This document shows, one piece after another, positions 25,151 through 39,129 of a stretch of DNA of 64,000 bases. The translations under genes were made by a program, and so were the position numbers. The stretch lies in the NCBI GenBank assembly GCA_013239625.1, contig MU053652.1, forward strand, positions 7,711,027 through 7,775,026, in the 5' to 3' direction. The first letter of the stretch is position 1, and every line of letters starts with the position of its first letter. The notes below the pieces were generated by a model that saw only the letters and a list, made by a program, of their open reading frames with translations, searched no databases and was not told the DNA's origin. The DNA comes from Lama guanicoe. Its lineage: Eukaryota.

Positions 25151-27934
25151 AGACTCCAGATTCTCCATGGAAATGACCAGCTGACTAGGCAAAGAAACGA
25201 ACCTGAATAAAAGAAAAGCTAGAAAGTAGCTCCTAGACAACATAAGAGCAGGTGTTTGATGTCTGGTACAACCTGAATGCACAATGCTAAGGACTTGCGC
25301 ATTTCAAGTAATGTTAAGCAAACAGTGTTAGTAAGAATTAGTCAGAATGCTTCATGGAGATGGGGCTTGACATGGCTGCAAAGCTTCTCAAAATTTTTAA
25401 ATAATGAGTTTCTCTATATTTAAACGCTGACCTAATTCCTGAAGCTGAGGAATACCAGATGAGCGTGAAACTTAAAAGTTCAAAAGAGTTTGAACAGGAA
25501 GAGATGCAGGCTGGCCAGAGTAAAAGCTTAAAGACAGCATCTCTCTTCTCCGCGAGGAGGGAGGAAGGAAGCAGAGAAGACATCTTCTTCCTTTTCTAAC
25601 AGAAAGCTAACCAGCTGGTTGAGAGATCACATCTGCAACAAGAGGCCTCTTTTATTTCTTTGCTGTATAATAATTAACATTCACTCAGGCAGATGGACCA
25701 GCATTTCCCACTGAAAGAAGTCACCAGTACTAAAATTGTGATTTTACTTCTGTCAGCCCTTTCTTTGCTCTCTAATATCTATTCTTCTTTGTAAAATAAA
25801 TTATTTTAAAATTTTAGAATTACTGACACTGTTTTAAAAGAACTGACTGTCCTGAAGTTCATGAATGAGACTCATTGGACACACAAAATGCAAGTCATTT
25901 GTACTCTGACTTCTTATTGAAAGCATTTCACTTTCAGTGTCATGAATTTTCATTGGTTTATCCTCGGTAGAGAGACAGTCAAATGGACAATGAAGACTCT
26001 TGACAACACGGCATTTCGTTTCTTTCCCTTGACTATAGAAACACTGCTGAGAGTGATTGGGAAGGGAAACACCTTGACTCTCTGGTCCCCAGTTTTCACA
26101 TCTATCTTTGTGGGGGCTGGGGGCAGGCACTGGAGTAGGTGATGGAGACGAGTTTTTCCAGATGTGACGTTCTGTGGTTCTATAGATCAAGCAAGATAAA
26201 GACTTAAAAATATCCTTTGGATGTAGCAAGTAGGCAGCCAGTGGTAATGGTAGAGAGCAATTTCTGTGAAGGGATTTGAGACAGAAGGTTAAGAGTTAGG
26301 TGAGCAAGGGAGGACCAAGTTGAGATGAAATGCACTGAGGAATGAGCAGGCATGAGCAAGAAGAGACTGGAATTAGGCATTTATCTTTAAAGTAGTTTGA
26401 CCTTGAGGAGAAGGAGAGAATAAAGCTGGATGGAAGGCAATATCCATTTGAGAGGATAAAAGAGGTTGGTCACTTTGCATTTAATGATAAGAGAAACATA
26501 AGTATATTTAAATAGTGATGGGAGAGACCTTCTAGAGAAAGACAAATAGAAAGTATTAAAAAAAAATGAGGTCTCTGAAAATGTACATGTGGATAGGCTT
26601 CAAAGCATTAAGTGTAAGGATTCACCTTGGAAAGAAGGAAGTAATAAAACAGTTTAGGAAAATGGTTAAGTCCCCTGAGGAGGAAGCGGGGGGCGGGGGG
26701 GAGAGGTTGAAATAATGACTCTATAGGAAAATGAAACTTTATGGAACTTCAACAGTTCTGTCACTTTTCCATACCAAGATTAACCCTCCACACATTCAGG
26801 CACCAAACAAGAGGATCTGAATATCCATGGCACATCTGAATAAATGCATAGAATTTGGCGGAATCAAAATATGTTTAAATCTGAGTTTAATGCCAAACAC
26901 CTTTGTTTAAACTTTCCGTTCTCTATCTCAGAGTAATGCCCTCATGAATTACAAGGTCAGAAATAAAATTGATCATGAATCCTCTTCTATATTATAAGCA
27001 CTTCCTTTAAAAATTTTGTTTTATTTAAAGAAACTACAGAAACAGTATTCTTTAAAAGAAAGAATACTGGACTAACAATCCAAACACAAGGATACCTTAA
27101 GCTGCCATTTATGGTTTGGGTAGCTGGACAAACCAGTATAGCAATCGAGTCCTCAACTGTCTCATCTATAAGGTTGAGGGGGTGGACTTAGAGCACTATA
27201 TACAGATCTTTTCATATCTAGGAATTCTCTGACTCTAAATTAGGGAAACTTTTCCAAAGAATGAACAATCTGGTTTTAACCAGGAGAATAAAGGAAATGT
27301 TTCTCTTGGATTTTTACCTTGAAATTAGTACTTACATTAAAAAAAAAAAAGAATTGAGATTTCGTTTTTGAATAGCATTAATTTTTTACATGAAGTTCTT
27401 TTCTACTAATGCTTAGTTTTCAATCTGAAGTGCTAGTCAAATACCATTAACATCACTTTGGTCTTTAAGATATTTAATACATCAATCTGTGTTTTTATCT
27501 ATTAAAAAGATGGAGCTTAATTCAATGTAAAATTTTTATTTTTTGTGCCTGTTTAATTCCTATTGGACACTCAAAATCCATCTGAATATCCAGAGAAACA
27601 GAAGTACATATACTGATAAACTTGGCAGGATTATTAGTCCTTTTCTTAAAGTGCTGATTTCTAAAAAGCTCAAGATACAGAAAATCAGAATTTGGTAAAC
27701 TGTGGTTTACATGATCTTTAATTCAAATGGGAATCCATTTATTTTTCTTCTACGTGGAAAATGACATGTGCTTCTGTGATTGTCTTAAATAGGACTCTTG
27801 AGTGCAAAAAAAGTGAAAGCCTCTTAATGGGCCCAAGTCAATGGGGTATCGTTAAAAGGATACAGTGGGAATCGCATAGAGATGACGCAACAGAAATTTT
27901 AACCAGAAACAGACTAAAAGCAGGTCACAGAAAT

Positions 27935-28560
27935 AGGTCCACCCCCAATATCTGTAGCACATGGCATAAGAGTACAGTGGAAACTTACATACCTTGTGAC
28001 CAAATATTTAAAAGTGATAAGTCAAGATACCAAGTTTCAAAATATCACAGATAAATAAATTTATTATTGCGCATATCTGGGTATTCTGCTGATAAGCAGA
28101 TGTTTGGATGACTAATAAAGATATATGTAAGCAATAAATAATATATTTATATCACAAAATTAATTCTTGCTTTCATTTCAGTAAAATTCCTGTGGGATTG
28201 CATACAAAGATTATCACTCCACAGAAAACATTACAAAATATGGTAATTTTACAATATCAATCCATAAAATTTATGTTTCAGTTTTCATTGCCTTTTAACA
28301 ATATCCAGAACCAATCAGGTATATAAAAATCAATATCCTGCATGTTACAACTCACATATATATCTTTATAAATAATATGAATTGTTTAATATTGTAAAAT
28401 GATCCTTTCCAACCATGCACAACTATTCTAAATACTATACAATGTGTAAATTCCTCAGGGGTCACAAATTGGAGTATTTCAAGAGAAAGAAAAAACATGT
28501 ATCTTTCACTACTGTAAATTACATTTTATTGTGCAAAAGTCTATTGCACTCATGCTGTCT
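27935..28560. mobile_element. Ancient hAT-Tip100 (Zaphod/MER115-like) fragment
   Basis: aagagtacagtggaaacttacatacc...aaatatttaaaagtgataagtcaag resembles recalled consensus; family assignment is tentative. Confidence 0.45.
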
Positions 28561-29759
28561 AGGAGAAGCATTTGACAAGTAAACCAGTCTTACTTCTTAC
28601 CCAAGGGCTCCTACTTGCCCAAGATCACCCTGCACTCTGAAGAAATGCCCTCCTCTGACATTCCAGAGGCACAACCACAGCGGGCACAGCTGCTTTTGGT
28701 TTCAAGGACATAAGGCATGTGATACGGAAAAGCATTTCCCTTAGGACTGAATGGTGTTAGTCATAAGAATGGATGTTTAGAATATGGGGTCTTGCTGTGC
28801 CAGTGTGGAGTACTGGCTGCCAAATGACAAAAGGTGCCCTTGAGTTCTTTAGCAAATTGTTTTTTCTGGTGTGAGTTTGTAATTTGTGGAGCTCTTGTCC
28901 TTCAAACAGTCCATGGCAGGAGTCCCTTTTGCCCACATCTAACAGCAATCCAGCACATAAGGATTGGTAAATCTGGAAGCAACTCTATTTCTCAGTGAGC
29001 CATGTGGTCTTAGTGCTGCTTCTCTGCATGTTTGCTGTATTTTCTTGCTGCTTTCTGTAAATTGGCTTTCTATGCTTTACATATTTTCTCTACTATCTCC
29101 CCATGCTTTGGCATGCAATGTCTCTCACTCACTTTACTGAATCTTTCATTTTAAGTTTCCTTCATCATGTAAGTGGTGGTCTACCAGGCTTCCCACTCCA
29201 AAACAATCTGATTGGCCCATCATGGGTCAGATGTCTACCTCTGGTTCGGCTGGGGCTAAGAAAAAGCATAATATATAGTGTGATGTCCAAATTATACATT
29301 AATCATTTTAAAAGTCAGACCAATTAGCAATTGGAATCATCTCTATTCTGAGGAAAAATACTATTCAAAAGTAGAATATCTCATCTTGTGTCTTATTCTT
29401 TGGGAAGTAAAAAGTTTAATATTAAGGAAATGATAAAAATATAAACTTTTTAAAAAGTTAATGTAACTCCTGAAAATACCAGGTGTCAAGGCAGTGGCTT
29501 TTTTGTTCTGATTTTTGTGTTTCCAAGGAGTAGATTAAAGAAATGGAGGCATAACTGAGTGATGAATCCCTTCTACCTTATGTTGGATGAGTTTGATGAC
29601 AGCACACAAAGTGAGACCTATGGCTTCCAACACTAACTAGTTGTGTGTCTCCAGGTAAATCATTTACTCTCATCTTTTCCCCAGAAAAGGCCAAGTTCTT
29701 TTTCCTACCATAATATTTATTATCTCTGCCCAGATTGCTCTTTGCAATAACTATAAAAC

Positions 29760-30030
29760 CCATTCATTCTCAAACCTATGATTAACTGTGCATTCCTCAG
29801 AGGTCTTCTCTGACCATTTAGTGGCTTCCTCAGGCACTATTCCTCTTGTCTCTTTAGTTATTTCCTTTATAATAATTATCCAAATTATGATTATTTTATT
29901 TGTCTAGTTGTTTATTTTGTCTTCACCACTATGACAAAAGCTCCATATCCCAATATCCAGCTACTATGTTAATATAAAGACATCATTCAGGCATATAGTA
30001 GGTCCTAATTATTATTTGTTCCATGCATGA
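29760..30030. mobile_element. L2 3' end fragment
   Basis: cctcagaggtcttctctgacc...caggcatatagtaggtcctaattattatttgtt resembles the L2 tail. Confidence 0.6.
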
Positions 30031-31249
30031 ATTATGAAATGAGGAGGCCAAACTGGCCCTCATATCATGATACTAAAATCAATGGCAGACCATCAAAATC
30101 ATGAGATTATAATTTCTCGTTACAGTGTAATTGTGGGACAAAATTCATACCAAGTAATATGGAAGCAATCAGTAAATGAGCAGGAAGTTAAGATCTAATG
30201 TTGCATAATCAAGAGGTAGAGCTCACACAAAAACTCCATTAGGTTAATTAGACTAATTATCATGCCATCTTTGTTAAGTAATTTATAAATTTCAAGTGTT
30301 CATTGATTCTATTTATGAAATAAATATTAATTCATAAGTAGGATTATGCAGGGTCAGAGTAAGACTGCAACATGAAAATTGAAAACATTGATCTTTCAAC
30401 GAGTTGTTTTGTCTTTAAAAAGTAGATAATTTCATTGACCAAGCAAAACCAACTATTTCCAAATTATAAGAAAATTGCCTAATTGTAGCAATTACCAGGT
30501 TAAAAGGAGTAGAAAGTTTTATAGCTCACATTTCATACTGCTCTTCTGAAAGGGGTAATCCAATTTCTATCAATGCCAAGGAAGGAATAATTATCAATTG
30601 GTTGATTGAAGCAGAGAGCGTTTCCTGGTTGAGATTTTCTTCAATCTCTTCATGACATTGATTTCTTAATAGCATCTTTAAAATTAAAAGCATCTTTAAA
30701 ATTAAAAGCAAGTGCTTTCAGTATCCCCTGACTAAAGTAAGTTTTTAAAACCTGTTTATATGCCATTTACTAGACTGTGAGCTCCTGATATGGGGGACTG
30801 TCATACTTGTCATTGAATCTTCCAGCATCTAGCACAATTTAGGTAGTTAGTGTTTGTTGAATTGATAGAAAGTGAACTGTGAAAATAAACATATGAAACA
30901 GTATTTTTTTGGACTACTATGAGATTTAGTCTAAATGGTAAGTTAATTTTGCCAAGTCAGTAAAACTAAACCCTCCAATCAGTGGTTCACTATCATGTAA
31001 TTAAATAACTAGTTGAATCCTATCTTTTTGACTTTTCAACCAGCTCTTTGGACACAGTCTCCAACACAGATTTGGTTCTTTCATTTAATTACTTTATTAA
31101 AATTTAATGAACATCATAAAATCACAACAAATACTTTTTAACTTAATAACTAGCTAATGGAATATTTAATATAAAAAGAATGATACTTCAAAGAAACCCT
31201 GTGAATCAAACTGGGAATTATCAAAAAGTTTAAAAACACACACACACAC

Positions 31250-31790
31250 ACACCATTCATGAATGTGAGCAGAGGGCAATTTGGCAATAGTTGTCAAAAT
31301 TATTAGCATACATTCCCTTTGATCTAGACATTCCTCATCTTTAAATATAGAAATACTTGAATATGTGTGAAATGACATTTGTACAAGGTAACTTATTTGG
31401 CATAACTTGTAACAACATAGTGGTGGAAACATCCTAAATAGCTACCTGTAAGTAACTGGTTAAATATATATTCAGTACATTCATATTATGGAATGCCTTG
31501 CAACCATTAAGTGTGCAGAAAAATTAAGGTACAAAATATGCATCGACTTATGTACAAGAGGAGAAAAAGAACGTCTGTGTTTGCATCTCTGTGTGTGTGT
31601 GTGTGTTTATTTGTATATGCAGAAAATATCTCTGGAAGGACACAGAAGAAACTTGATTTTACCTTTCTGTCCAGGGGAAACCAAGTAGCTAGGGGACAGA
31701 TGTGGGAGGAAGATTTTTCTCTCTGTTACCTTCTCTCATTTTTAATTTAGAACTATGTGTCTGTATTACTTAGTCAACATATATAAATGC
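31250..31790 (+). mobile_element. L1ME-type 3' region
   Basis: gagggcaatttggcaatagttgtcaaaatt...ggaaacatcctaaat...tctggaaggacacagaag are old L1 3' motifs. Confidence 0.7.
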
Positions 31791-31941
31791 GTTTTTGAAA
31801 CACAGGAAAATAAAACCAAGTGAGAAATATTTTCTTCCTGTAGTCATGGCCTAGATTGTACTAATTTCCCCATAATCATTTTGTTTTTTGATTCACTGAC
31901 TTGCCATCACCATTGCCAACTTCTTAAAAATAAACCTCTAG

Positions 31942-32216
31942 AACAGACTCATAGACATAGAATACAGACTTGTGGTTGCCAAGGGGGCAGAAGGTGGGAA
32001 GGGATAGATGGGATTTCAAAATTGTAGAATAGATAAACAAGATTATACTGTATAGCACAGGGAAATGTACACAAGATCTTATGGTAGCTCACAGAGAAAA
32101 AAATGTGACAATGAATATATATATGTTCATGTATAACTGAAAAAAATGTGCTGAACACTGGAATTTGACACAACATTGTAAAATGATTATAAATCAATAA
32201 AAATGTTTAAAAAAAT
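31942..32216 (+). mobile_element. Young L1 3'UTR insertion
   Basis: 15-bp TSD aaaataaacctctag at 31927-31941 and 32217-32231; same 3'UTR family as 16170. Confidence 0.93.
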
Positions 32217-33244
32217 AAAATAAACCTCTAGGAATAAAAATGAGAGGAAAAGGGAACATGTAAAATAAACATGGAGACAAGAAGGAGGAAGAAGAGAAGG
32301 AGGAGGGGAAAGAGGAGCAAAAGGAGAAGGAGGAGTGGGAGAAAATGGAGAAGAAGCAATAAAGCAGAGAGCTTTCTACAAAGACAGAGGGAAATTTTCT
32401 TCCAGCCAGGGTTTTAGCAAAAATACAGTACCTTCAAAATGCATGATTCATTCTACTTATTAATGTCCCAACAGCTCACACCTTTCATCTGAAACTCCTA
32501 TATTGTTTACATCCAAAAGTTTCACAGTATCATGATGTAGGCTTCTATGACTTACTTAAGTCACTTATGCTGAAATCTGAGAAATGATTAATCAGAAAAT
32601 AAACTCAGAAACATACACCACCCTGTCCCTGTCTTGCCTCATCCACCCACACACAGTACAATGTTTAAATTGAGTAAAGGATGCAGATTAGGCAAGGACT
32701 AAACACTGCAATTATTTGTTTGTTCTTTGTTTTGTCGACAGGTTGGTTGGTTGGTTGGTTTCTGTTTCAGAGATAACTTGGTGTAATGTTAATACTGGAC
32801 CAGACGCTAGTACTGGTTCCAATACTAACATCTTCTGGGCATTATGAAGCACTAGATATTCTGTGAGGCCCTGGTGACATGCAAATGGAGAAAACCGAGC
32901 CTGTACCTTTGGAGGGCTCATCCTCTGGTAAGAGGGAGAGAGTTGCATATAACTGAAACATAATGTGATAAATATCAGCTGGCAGCATCGTGGGCTGTAA
33001 ACAGCTGAGAAGTGAGGACAAAGTTCAACTGGGTTAGGGGGAGGAGAGCTGTTAGTAGAAAGAAGGAGACACTTGATCTCTGCTTTAAAGAATAAGCAGA
33101 TTTCTTTTTCCAGACAGGGAAGGAGGGAGGCTCAGTAAGGTAACAGTAAGTCATTTAAGGATTTTATCATGGATTAGATGTGCGAAATTCCCAGCATACT
33201 AACTGTAACTGTACTCCTTTCTCCCCAGCTCAAGAAATGGTAAT

Positions 33245-33415
33245 AGGGGAGTAGGGGGAGGAGAGTATAGCTCAGTGATAGAGCACATGCTTAGCATGCA
33301 CGAGGTCCTGGGTTCAATCCCCAGTACCTCCTCTAAGAATAAATAAGTCAACCTGATTACCTGCCCCTACCATGAATAAATAAGTAAGTAAGTAAATAAG
33401 TAAGTAAAGTAATAA
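33245..33415 (+). mobile_element. tRNA-Ala(AGC)-derived SINE, camelid Vic-1 type
   Basis: Head gtatagctcagtgatagagcacatgcttagcatgcacgaggtcctgggttcaatccccagtacctcc with A and B boxes, and an (AAGT/AAAT)n tail. 13-bp TSD aagaaatggtaat at 33232-33244 and 33416-33428. Confidence 0.9.
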
Positions 33416-35163
33416 AAGAAATGGTAATGAAATGAAAGCAAGTAAGAAGGAGGTTATTATTATTAGCACTAATGGCCACTGCCTTACTAGATCATTAAAT
33501 AATCTACAAAACAGTACATTATCATTTGAGAGATGTGAGTCGTGACTCTGGTACTTGAGAGCTCTTCCACCAATCCATCTCTAACATTGCTCCACCCCAC
33601 CATGTTAAGATTCAGACGAGAGAACATGTTGTTTTGTATTATTACAACCTCTTTTGCACCCTTCACCCCCATTCCGTTCTTTTTACATGTCCTAAAGATG
33701 CAAGACAAATAATGGCAGGGAGGTCACGTCACCTGCTGCGTGATCTAAGATGTAAAACAAGTCTGAGTGCTTCGGTGGGTCAACGAATAACCACCATCTC
33801 CACGTCAGAGATTAAAGTCTAGTGTTTTTGATACACACTTAACAGGGTCCCCACGGCCTGACGTGTCTGTAAGAAGGAAAGATGTTTGTTAACAACAATC
33901 AGTAGATCTGTTAAAATCTCAATAGCAATAGGATTTTAGGCAAGGAGTGATCCTAGTACAAGACACTTAGCTTCAGCAGAGGAAAACGGATCTCTTCCCA
34001 CAAATTTCCGTCCAGTCAGATCCAACTTTCTTACATCTCCAAAAGAAATGGAGGGAGAGAATGTAAACAACTCTGAACAGCATATTTTCACGCTAGCAAA
34101 ATGGCTCAGAGGTTATACCAACAACTCAATGATTCATTCAGAATTTGAGTAGGAAAAGAGGTCTGTCAACTGGAACCTGTTTGGTGTGGGGTACAAAATC
34201 CTGGCAGTGTTAGTTATTTCAGTATTGTCTTGTTCTTCTCATGGTCCAAAGATAAATATTTTTACAACTCGATTTTAATAGTATGTGGATTAGTGGGGGA
34301 CTGGAGAGGATAGTATAGTAATATGTTACTTCTTATCACGTAATTTTCTTATTTTATGTTCTTTGCTTCTGGAGAAAGTATTGTTTTTCTTAATAAGTGA
34401 AACCTAGGTGAATCGTTAGTCTCCTTAGTACCTTTTAACAGCTAGTCCGCTACTTCCTCCACATACCTACAGACGTTCTCCAGTTCCACCTCATCAACTT
34501 CCCGAGGAAATGTACTTGGGCGTGACACTGACTCAGCACCTCTGGAATTCTATAATGCAGAGTGACATGACATATCACTTCAAATAAGCAGCAGCTGAAA
34601 ATAGTCCTATAAACTGGGGCCAAGGGAACCAGAATTGCTCTATATTTTCCCCCCTCTCATTCACCAGACTCAGAGTCTCAAGTATCCAACTCCAAAAAGG
34701 TCTGTTCTGGGGGTAATTATATCAAGATAGATATTTATATACTCATATATCATATAATATACATACTTTTATGTTACCTTTCACAGCGCCGATATTATAA
34801 AACTATTTCATATAGCTATTTATTTATTTATTTAGCTTTATGGAAGAATGAAGTGTTCAGTGACAGTGAATTTTACCAAAAATAAAGCCTACGACTAAAT
34901 GCCAACAACTTTTTAAAACATTTATACTGATTTTTATGGAATTCCTTCTAAAAGAAGCTACATTTACCCTTATTAAGCAGGAGTTAGTGGCTATCATTTA
35001 AATTTTTCTTGCTGATTTGGAGTCTTTATTAAGAATTGATCTCATTTAGAATGTATGTAGATGGAATCTGTCTCCTTTCTTATCTGCAGTTCTTACCTTC
35101 TAGTTTTTTGTTCTAAATTTCTACACATAGAGAAAACAGATATACTTTTTTATACTTATGTAC

Positions 35164-35166
<3 letters not shown>

Positions 35167-35194
<28 letters not shown>
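35167..35194. repeat. (AC)14 microsatellite
   Basis: Read directly from the sequence. Confidence 0.95.
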
Positions 35195-36225
35195 CCCAAA
35201 TTGAAAGTCAGTAAGCTCAGTGTTGTAGTATCAGTAATTATTAATGGCACGGATTCAGTACAGAGGTTTTATGACAATTGTTTACAGAACTTAGAGGCCC
35301 TTTTCCACCTCATTCTAATTCACGGCTCTGTTCCAAAGGGTTTAGATTACTGGCAAGGTGTTAATGTAATTTTATGCTAAATATAAAAGCCTCTGTTCTT
35401 CAAACTTTTTGGCATATCTACAAAAAAAAAAAAAGTACATGGTCCTTCTTTCTGAATCTAGAAAGGCTTCCTTTCCTACATACCAAACAAGGATGCCCTA
35501 AATTAGAATATCACATTAAGCACTGAAGGTTAAACTGTAATTTTTCCAGCTCCATGGTGGATTAAAAAAAAAAACAACATGTTACACTATGGAAGCCTGA
35601 AACTATTTGGTGTCCTATTCAGTAAGACTTAAATTTAGGAATTATTAGCAAAACCTAGTTTATTCTATTTGTAGGTTCAAAGGCAAATGAAAACTTCTGA
35701 ATTATCATTTCTAAGGATGATTCCCATATAACTTGACTTTGGGATTTTGAATAATCAGACTTTGAATATATTTGAATATCTGAGTTTTTAGGTATATGTG
35801 TGTGTATATATAAATATATAAAATCAACTTCAGTAATTATTTGCTGATATCCTGATATGAATCCACACCAGAATCAGAAGTATCACTTGCTTACTTGTGC
35901 TTAAGCATGTTTCTAAATTATTTCCCTATTTGCTGAACAAAAAATACAATAACAATATTAAATAAGTAAACGTCTAAATGCTTTTCTGAAACAAACATTA
36001 AAAAATGTGAACCAACTCCATTTTAATTTCATCTGGCTCCCTATAAATCACTGGTGGTTCTGAGATACTCACAACTCAGTTCACAGACCCAGTCCCAAAC
36101 ATTCGAACATTCTACCTCTGAGAATTCTGAACATCATCTCACCACTTTATTTCATATGTTTACAGAGGATTAGATTCTATCTGAAAAGATGCTCTCAAAG
36201 ACAGACTGGACCTTGTCTTGCTGTA

Positions 36226-36355
36226 TAGAGTGACCATATAGTCTAATGGGTCCAAGACAATGCCTGTTTATATTAGTTATACCATGTAATCTTGTTAATG
36301 CCCCGATTTCATGCAGCATGTCTCAGTTTAAGCAATAAATTATATGGTCACCCTA
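36226..36355. mobile_element. MER94-like hAT-Blackjack MITE
   Basis: TIRs tagagtgaccatata / tatatggtcacccta; about 130 bp long. Confidence 0.8.
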
Positions 36356-36699
36356 TCTATTAGGTTAATTCAGAGACAACACAAGAAATGAAATGGTTTT
36401 GCTTCTCCAATCTAAACTTGAGCAACTTAGGTTCTTAGGAGAGGACAGATGTGTCAAGAAAGAGAGAAGGGTTGAAAGGCATGTAAGAATATTTAAATTC
36501 CTGCTCATAAGAAGAGTGAACTTCATATTGGAAAGACTGCATTATCACTCCGCATGTCTCATGCCTGCTTCTAATCTGGCAGCTCAGTAATATGTGGCAT
36601 TGCTTCCGAGAATCAAAATAATATAGAGAGTAAGAGCGTACTTAGAACTGGGTGATACTGGGACACACGTTTGTGAGAGTCTCTGGGACGAATTCTTCT

Positions 36700-37042
36700 T
36701 TTGTTTTTGTTTTTGTCTTTTTTATTGAAGGACAGTAGATTTACAGTGTTGTGTTGGTTTCAGGTGTACAATAAAGAGATTCAGTTTTACACGTATATAT
36801 CTATTCTTTTTCAGATTCTTTTCCATTATAGGTTATTACAAAATATTGAGTATAGTTCCTTGTGCTATACAGTAGGTTGTTGTTCGTTATCTATTTTATA
36901 TATTGTAGTGTGTGTATGTTAATCCTAAACTCCTAATCTATCCCCCCCACCCCCACTCCCTTTCCTCTTTGGTAACCATAAGGTTGTTTTCTATGTCTGT
37001 GGGTCTATGGTCTATTTCTGGTTTGTAAATAAGTTCATTTGT
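36700..37042 (-). mobile_element. L1 3'UTR fragment (older subfamily)
   Basis: atttacagtgttgtgttggtttcaggtgtaca...ccattataggttattacaaaatattgag. Confidence 0.88.
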
Positions 37043-38199
37043 AACTCAGGCTTCTAACTCTTTCCACCGTGACCTCTAAAACTCCATCCCACTGCAGATA
37101 AGGAGTCTATACTCTTTGTCGTAACTGAAATTTTACTTTCCCTGGAGAATCCCTCTCTCTCTCTATAGTCCTCTGATGGAGGCTCTTTGTTTACTGCTAA
37201 TTCACAGAGGCCAAGGCCATAATGATGAGGAATTGGAAGGAGTACATTAGTTAATAGTCTTTTGGTTGGTTGTAATAGAGGCCCAAACTCCAAATCTTGC
37301 TTAAGTTTTTTTTTTTTAAAGAGTTACTTATGAACTTGTATAACTGAAACAATTATTCTCAAAGACACAAATTCAGAAATATCCCTCCAACTTTCAGCCA
37401 TTATTTCCGCCTGTCTCTGCTTGAATTAATTTTCTCAAGATTTTATTGCAATCTTTTTCTAGGCACTGGTCAATATGGCAACTGATAACCTCAGGATTAC
37501 ATAACCTTTACCCTCTTTTCAAGGAATGCATCTACAATGGAAGAGTCTGGTTGAAATAGCGTAGATCACAGAACTATTCTTTGGTCCAGTCACTATCTAT
37601 AGAGGATATTGTACTACGGGCCCAGTTTGGGATGTGATAAACATGCCACTGATTTGATAGCTCCTCCAACAACACAGAAAGCTCATACCTCCAAAATCCC
37701 CATAATAAACTATCTATCTACTAGAAAAGAAACGGCACGCCCCTAGCATCTCATATTAGTTCTAAACAGGTTTTTCCTCTACCTTTCTCTAATAAAAGCA
37801 AACAAACCTCTTCTCCTTTGAGACATACTACCCAGCCCTTATTCTCTGCCATCTATTGCTATTGGTCAAAACTTAGATGGTTTTGGCACTAGTCTTTCAA
37901 AATATCCATCATCATATTAATTGAATTTAATGGACATTTGGATGACCTATCCAATAGCCCCAAGTCCTAGATTCATAGATCCTAAAATTTCCTAAAAATC
38001 TAGTGATCTTAATTTTGCATTTTCTGGATCTTATCAGCCATGGATCTCTTCTATCTCAAAATCTTAGGATTCTGATAACCCAGTCTCTGGCCACAACCTC
38101 CAGCTTCCTACCAACATGTACACATGGTCGTCCAACAGAAACAGCAAACTCAGTATGTCTATTTGGTAACCGCTTAGAGCCTGAACTAAGATTGTGCCG

Positions 38200-38712
38200 C
38201 AGGCACTGCTACAGCTCGTGTACCTTGTTCCTGACCTGCTTCTCACCTCCTTGACAAGGAGCAGCAGCAGGTCCTCGACAAGGTACATGTCTAACAACAC
38301 CTGAAAGCGCCAGTTTCCTTTTTAGGTCACCCACGATACCAGAGTTAGATGCTATGAGAGTCAAGAGGGTACCGTTTGCTGACATGAGTTCCAGTTTGTC
38401 CTCTCAGGTTCCATTTTGTCCCCGTGGGTCCTAATTTACTTCAGGTCCAGATTTCTTTCCCAATGACCTGTGCTGCTGACCCACAGTCACGTCAGACTTG
38501 CCACCATATGCAGAGGGGCCTTCCAGAAATGACTTCACCCCTTCCACTTCATGATGATTAGAGACTTTTTTCCGATCTTCCAACCATTACTTTTTTGGAA
38601 CTTTGTGTCTCCAAATTCTCCCACAGCTTTGTACAACCTGATTCCTACAATAAATCTATCCCGTATCATTAAGAGTGGTTCTCCTTCCCCAATCAAACTG
38701 CTAAGCAAGACA
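38200..38712 (+). mobile_element. ERVL (LTR33-like) LTR remnant
   Basis: 3' end attcctacaataaatc...agtggttctccttccccaatcaaactgctaagcaagaca. Confidence 0.55.
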
Positions 38713-39129
38713 CCATGGTGACTATTGTACAAAATTATGAGAAGTCTTTATAAATCACATAAATAAAATATAAAATAAAATAATAGGTCTTAAAGTGCAA
38801 AGGAATCCAAATCAGAGATTATTATATTCTTAGAGGTGTCTGAAACGTTGATTTCATTGGAAGTGAGGGGAATAGAAGGACTAAAAATCAAGGTACTACC
38901 CATGAATTTTAATGGTTCCACATCAGCTAAGGGTGGTATTTATACATATTTTTATGCCTTACTCTGCTTTGCAGATAAAATCCAAGAGACAGTGATGTAA
39001 GCTAACAGAAATAGGTGGGGGATAAACAGAATCATAAATGATTTTTCACTAACTTGTCTTATACATTCCCTCACCAACTTCAACCAAATACTGCATATTA
39101 GATTTCAGTACAAAATGGAAGATTAACCC

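Noticed and set aside
30671..30710. 18-bp tandem repeat giving MLLILK repeats in a minus-strand ORF
   Set aside because: A simple local duplication with no coding evidence.
32270..32360. Glu/Lys-rich coding-like stretch
   Set aside because: Purine-rich low-complexity sequence without supported exon structure.
33260..33332. tRNA-Ala gene
   Set aside because: A simple-repeat tail and 13-bp TSD identify it as a SINE head, and the A box and stems are mutated.
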